NCBI GenBank assembly: GCA_043801855.1
Contig: JAZDLQ010000103.1
Coordinates: 1,834 to 65,833, forward strand
Reading direction: 5' to 3'
Length of the DNA stretch: 64,000 nt
Source of the DNA: an archaeon
GTDB lineage: Archaea > Nanobdellota > Nanobdellia > Woesearchaeales > GW2011-AR15
Shown: positions 61,805 to 64,000 of the stretch, one piece after another
Position numbering within the stretch: position 1 is the stretch's first letter
Layout: the number at the start of each line of letters is the position of its first letter
Notes under the pieces: generated by a model
The model's input: the letters and a program-made list of their open reading frames with translations, nothing else
Databases searched by the model: none
What the model was told of the DNA's origin: nothing
Translations under genes and position numbers: made by a program

Positions 61805-63493
61805 ATGATTGGCTTTGTTAAAAAAAACATTGATTATTTACTGCCATTAATCTTATTCTTCATTATTTTTTATAATAATCTTTTCACCAGTATGTTTTTT
61901 CTTGACTTTACACCTTATCAACACTTTCATCTATTAAAAATACTGTCACATGTGAATTTCTCTGGGTATGAATTCATCTATATCGCACAGCTATTTCTGC
62001 TTTCCATATTCAATCTGTCTCATCTTTTATTCCAGTTTTTAGTATTATCTTCACTAATTCTATCCTTTTTTTTCATTAAAAAGCTTGTATTGCATAACAC
62101 ATTATTATTCTCTATCATATTTTTCTTCAACCCTTTTGTATATTCCCGCATAATGACAGGACAGTTTAGCATTCTTATTGCATATCTTCTTCTGCCAATG
62201 TACATCTACTATCTCTTCAATTATCTTAGAGAAGATTCTTCACCAGCATCTCAACTAAAGCTGTCCCTCTCCTTCAGCATCTGCGGCATGTTCGCAGCGC
62301 AGGTCTTCGCTATAAATTTTTTGATTTTCATTCTAGCGTCAATATATTTCTACCAAAAAGATGAATTTTCAATTAAAGAATTCGTTAAATCAACAGCGAT
62401 TATTTTTTCACTTATATTTCTTCTAAACGCCTTCTGGCTGCAAGGTCTATTCTCAAGTAATGTATTCTCGCAGATAGATTCATCAGATGAGGCGTTTTAT
62501 GCGCCAAAACTATCTGAAAACATTCCTGCATCAGCAAAAATAATCGGCATGTGGGGATTTTGGAGAGAAGCTGGATATATCACAACATATAAAACACTGC
62601 CCAGCCTATTATGGTATGCGCTGACTTTTATGTTTGTATTACTAATGCTCTTAGGCTTTTACAAGAATGGATTTAAAAAAGAATCCAAGCTCTTTTTTTC
62701 CTTTTGGTGGCTTGGTGTTATATTTGCACTGGGCATATCACATCCCTACACTGCAATAATATTTAATTTTTTATTTGAAAAAATACCGTTTTTCAGTGGC
62801 TTTCGCGACAGCCATAAGTTCGCTGCATTAATCGCTCTTTCATATGCATATCTCTGCCCGTATGGATTAGCTTACCTTAAAGAGAATACAAAAGGATTAT
62901 TAAAAAAAGCAATTCCAATTGCATTTATTATCTTAGTGCTCTTGTATACTTACCCATTAATAGGGTTTTGGAATCAGGTTAAATCAACTGATTATCCGCA
63001 AAGCTATATAGATACAAATGATTTCTTTAAAACTCAGAATATCATAGGCCGCATTATTTATCTGCCGTGGGAAACATACATAACCTACAACTGGTCAGCA
63101 AATGTCTCATCAGATGGAAGGATAGCAAACCCCATTAACAAGCTACTAGATCCAACAATAATAACTGGCCCAGAAAAATATGGAAGCGCAACGGATATGC
63201 AAAATAGCATTTCGGAATGTATTGAAAAAAAATCAATTAAATGCCTGGAAAATCGCTCAGTGCAGTATATACTGGCTGATTCCTGCCTGCAGGTAACACA
63301 GCAATACGGCTGGATAGATGCAATAAAAGCTCATAAGGATGGTTGCATTACCATCTACAAATTAAATAATGCAACTGCAATAAACCAAAAAGCCAATGTT
63401 CCACTGCGGTTTGCAGCAGGAATTTTGCTAAGCATTACAGCATTTTTAATAGTTATTATCAAACTCATTAACGTTATTATTTCTAATGCGTAG
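61805..63493 (+). CDS. Third GT-C-like polytopic membrane protein (shorter relative of 50899-58430)
   Basis: 562 aa with about 13 TM helices. It shares the FEKIPFFSGFRDSHKFAALIAL motif with the two giants (FQKIPFFIT(V/I)FRNLTK), followed by a soluble C-terminal domain and a terminal TM helix. Confidence 0.65.
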   Translation: MIGFVKKNIDYLLPLILFFIIFYNNLFTSMFFLDFTPYQHFHLLKILSHVNFSGYEFIYIAQLFLLSIFNLSHLLFQFLVLSSLILSFFFIKKLVLHNTLLFSIIFFFNPFVYSRIMTGQFSILIAYLLLPMYIYYLFNYLREDSSPASQLKLSLSFSICGMFAAQVFAINFLIFILASIYFYQKDEFSIKEFVKSTAIIFSLIFLLNAFWLQGLFSSNVFSQIDSSDEAFYAPKLSENIPASAKIIGMWGFWREAGYITTYKTLPSLLWYALTFMFVLLMLLGFYKNGFKKESKLFFSFWWLGVIFALGISHPYTAIIFNFLFEKIPFFSGFRDSHKFAALIALSYAYLCPYGLAYLKENTKGLLKKAIPIAFIILVLLYTYPLIGFWNQVKSTDYPQSYIDTNDFFKTQNIIGRIIYLPWETYITYNWSANVSSDGRIANPINKLLDPTIITGPEKYGSATDMQNSISECIEKKSIKCLENRSVQYILADSCLQVTQQYGWIDAIKAHKDGCITIYKLNNATAINQKANVPLRFAAGILLSITAFLIVIIKLINVIISNA

Positions 63494-63503
63494 TAACGTA
63501 AAC

Positions 63504-63511
63504 TTTATATA
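63504..63511 (+). promoter_or_regulatory. Archaeal-type TATA box (TTTATATA)
   Basis: Centred about 31 nt upstream of the ATG at 63538. Confidence 0.45.
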
Positions 63512-63537
63512 GTATTTACATTCTATAAAATTGAATA

Positions 63538-64000
63538 ATGGGGAAAAAAAGATTTGAGTTATTTAGTGTGTTCTTTACTATCTCAGTTGTAATACTGCTA
63601 ATATTATCAGGCACTGCAAAAGCAATAACCCTTGGCGTTTCAAATATTGAGGCTTCAGCTGAATCAGCGTCACAAACAAGCTTCCTTGCAAAAGTGGATC
63701 TGCATACAAATGATATTCTTCTTGCAAGTTCAAATTTTACAGTGACTATGACAAATAACGCAGGCCTTGCAAATTATACCTGCACTTTTAATGTCGATGG
63801 CGGTGAAATAACCTCTTGCAGCGGCATAAGCGTTGTCTTATACAGCAGGAACTGGACAAGCATGGGCACAGGCTATGGATTTGGCTATGGCTATGGATAT
63901 AACTATAATGATTCAGAGACAACATATGAATCGATAAATTTTTCAGCCTCTCAAGGCGTTGGATATGGATTTGGCTCTGGATTCGGATATGATGCCTATA
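63538..64000 (+). CDS. Secreted protein with GYG/GFG repeats (5' part; continues beyond the right window edge)
   Basis: My translation: MGKKRFELFSVFFTISVVILLILSGTAKAITLGVSNIEASAES...MGTGYGFGYGYGYNYNDSETT...GVGYGFGSGFGYDAY. It has a signal peptide and is open to the window end. Confidence 0.65.
   Translation, partial: MGKKRFELFSVFFTISVVILLILSGTAKAITLGVSNIEASAESASQTSFLAKVDLHTNDILLASSNFTVTMTNNAGLANYTCTFNVDGGEITSCSGISVVLYSRNWTSMGTGYGFGYGYGYNYNDSETTYESINFSASQGVGYGFGSGFGYDAY

Noticed and set aside
1-64000. Scan for tRNA/rRNA genes, transposases, integrases and cas genes
   Set aside because: No T-loop-like GGTTCRAAT motif outside coding frames, no rRNA-like conserved blocks, and no DDE/tyrosine-recombinase/Cas motifs were recognised in any long ORF. 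This visual scan is not exhaustive for small RNAs.

Overview
AT-rich contig (about one-third G+C by eye) that looks archaeal and DPANN-like. TTTATATA-type TATA boxes sit about 27-31 nt upstream of several start codons, and a PGF-pre-PGF-type surface domain and a CxxC-x17-CxxC mini-protein are present. All functional calls rest on motif recognition by eye, not on searches.

Layout:
(i) 1-10.9 kb, housekeeping: edge-truncated NhaP-type antiporter, argS, a short GT2, a DUF2339 membrane protein, ornithine carbamoyltransferase (followed by a 140-bp tandem array built from its own 3' end), a 53-aa zinc-ribbon gene missing from the ORF track, ornithine aminotransferase, and a CapA-like protein.
(ii) 10.9-11.5 kb: an unusually long, highly structured intergenic region.
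(iii) 11.5-33 kb, surface-protein island: a 3,386-codon reading frame broken by one in-frame TAA; a duplicated two-gene cassette (CARDB/GWNLIGYP-repeat protein plus YadA-head/Hep_Hag-repeat protein); and two C-terminally anchored proteins, one a 1683-aa FN3/Ig-repeat protein. All are very rich in N-x-S/T sequons.
(iv) 33-58.4 kb, glycan-assembly island: Wzx-like flippase, four intact GT2, an MT-GT4 fusion, two stand-alone SAM methyltransferases, an AsnB-type amidotransferase, three cobalamin-binding radical SAM enzymes, one SPASM radical SAM enzyme, and two tandem AftD-like GT-C membrane giants. It is interrupted at 38.2-40.0 kb by a HEPN/MNT pair and a decayed DUF1016 gene, the latter flanked by a 140-bp duplication of a GT2 5' end.
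(v) 59.9-61.7 kb: ImmA/IrrE plus DUF4411 module with a homopolymer frameshift.
(vi) A third GT-C-like protein and the start of a GYG-repeat secreted protein.

No rRNA, tRNA, CRISPR array, transposase or reverse transcriptase was recognised.

Best candidates for something new: the duplicated adhesin cassette with a conserved recombination handle; the nonsense-split giant surface gene; the radical-SAM-rich glycan island placed next to the sequon-dense surface proteins; and the structured 10.9-11.5 kb region.
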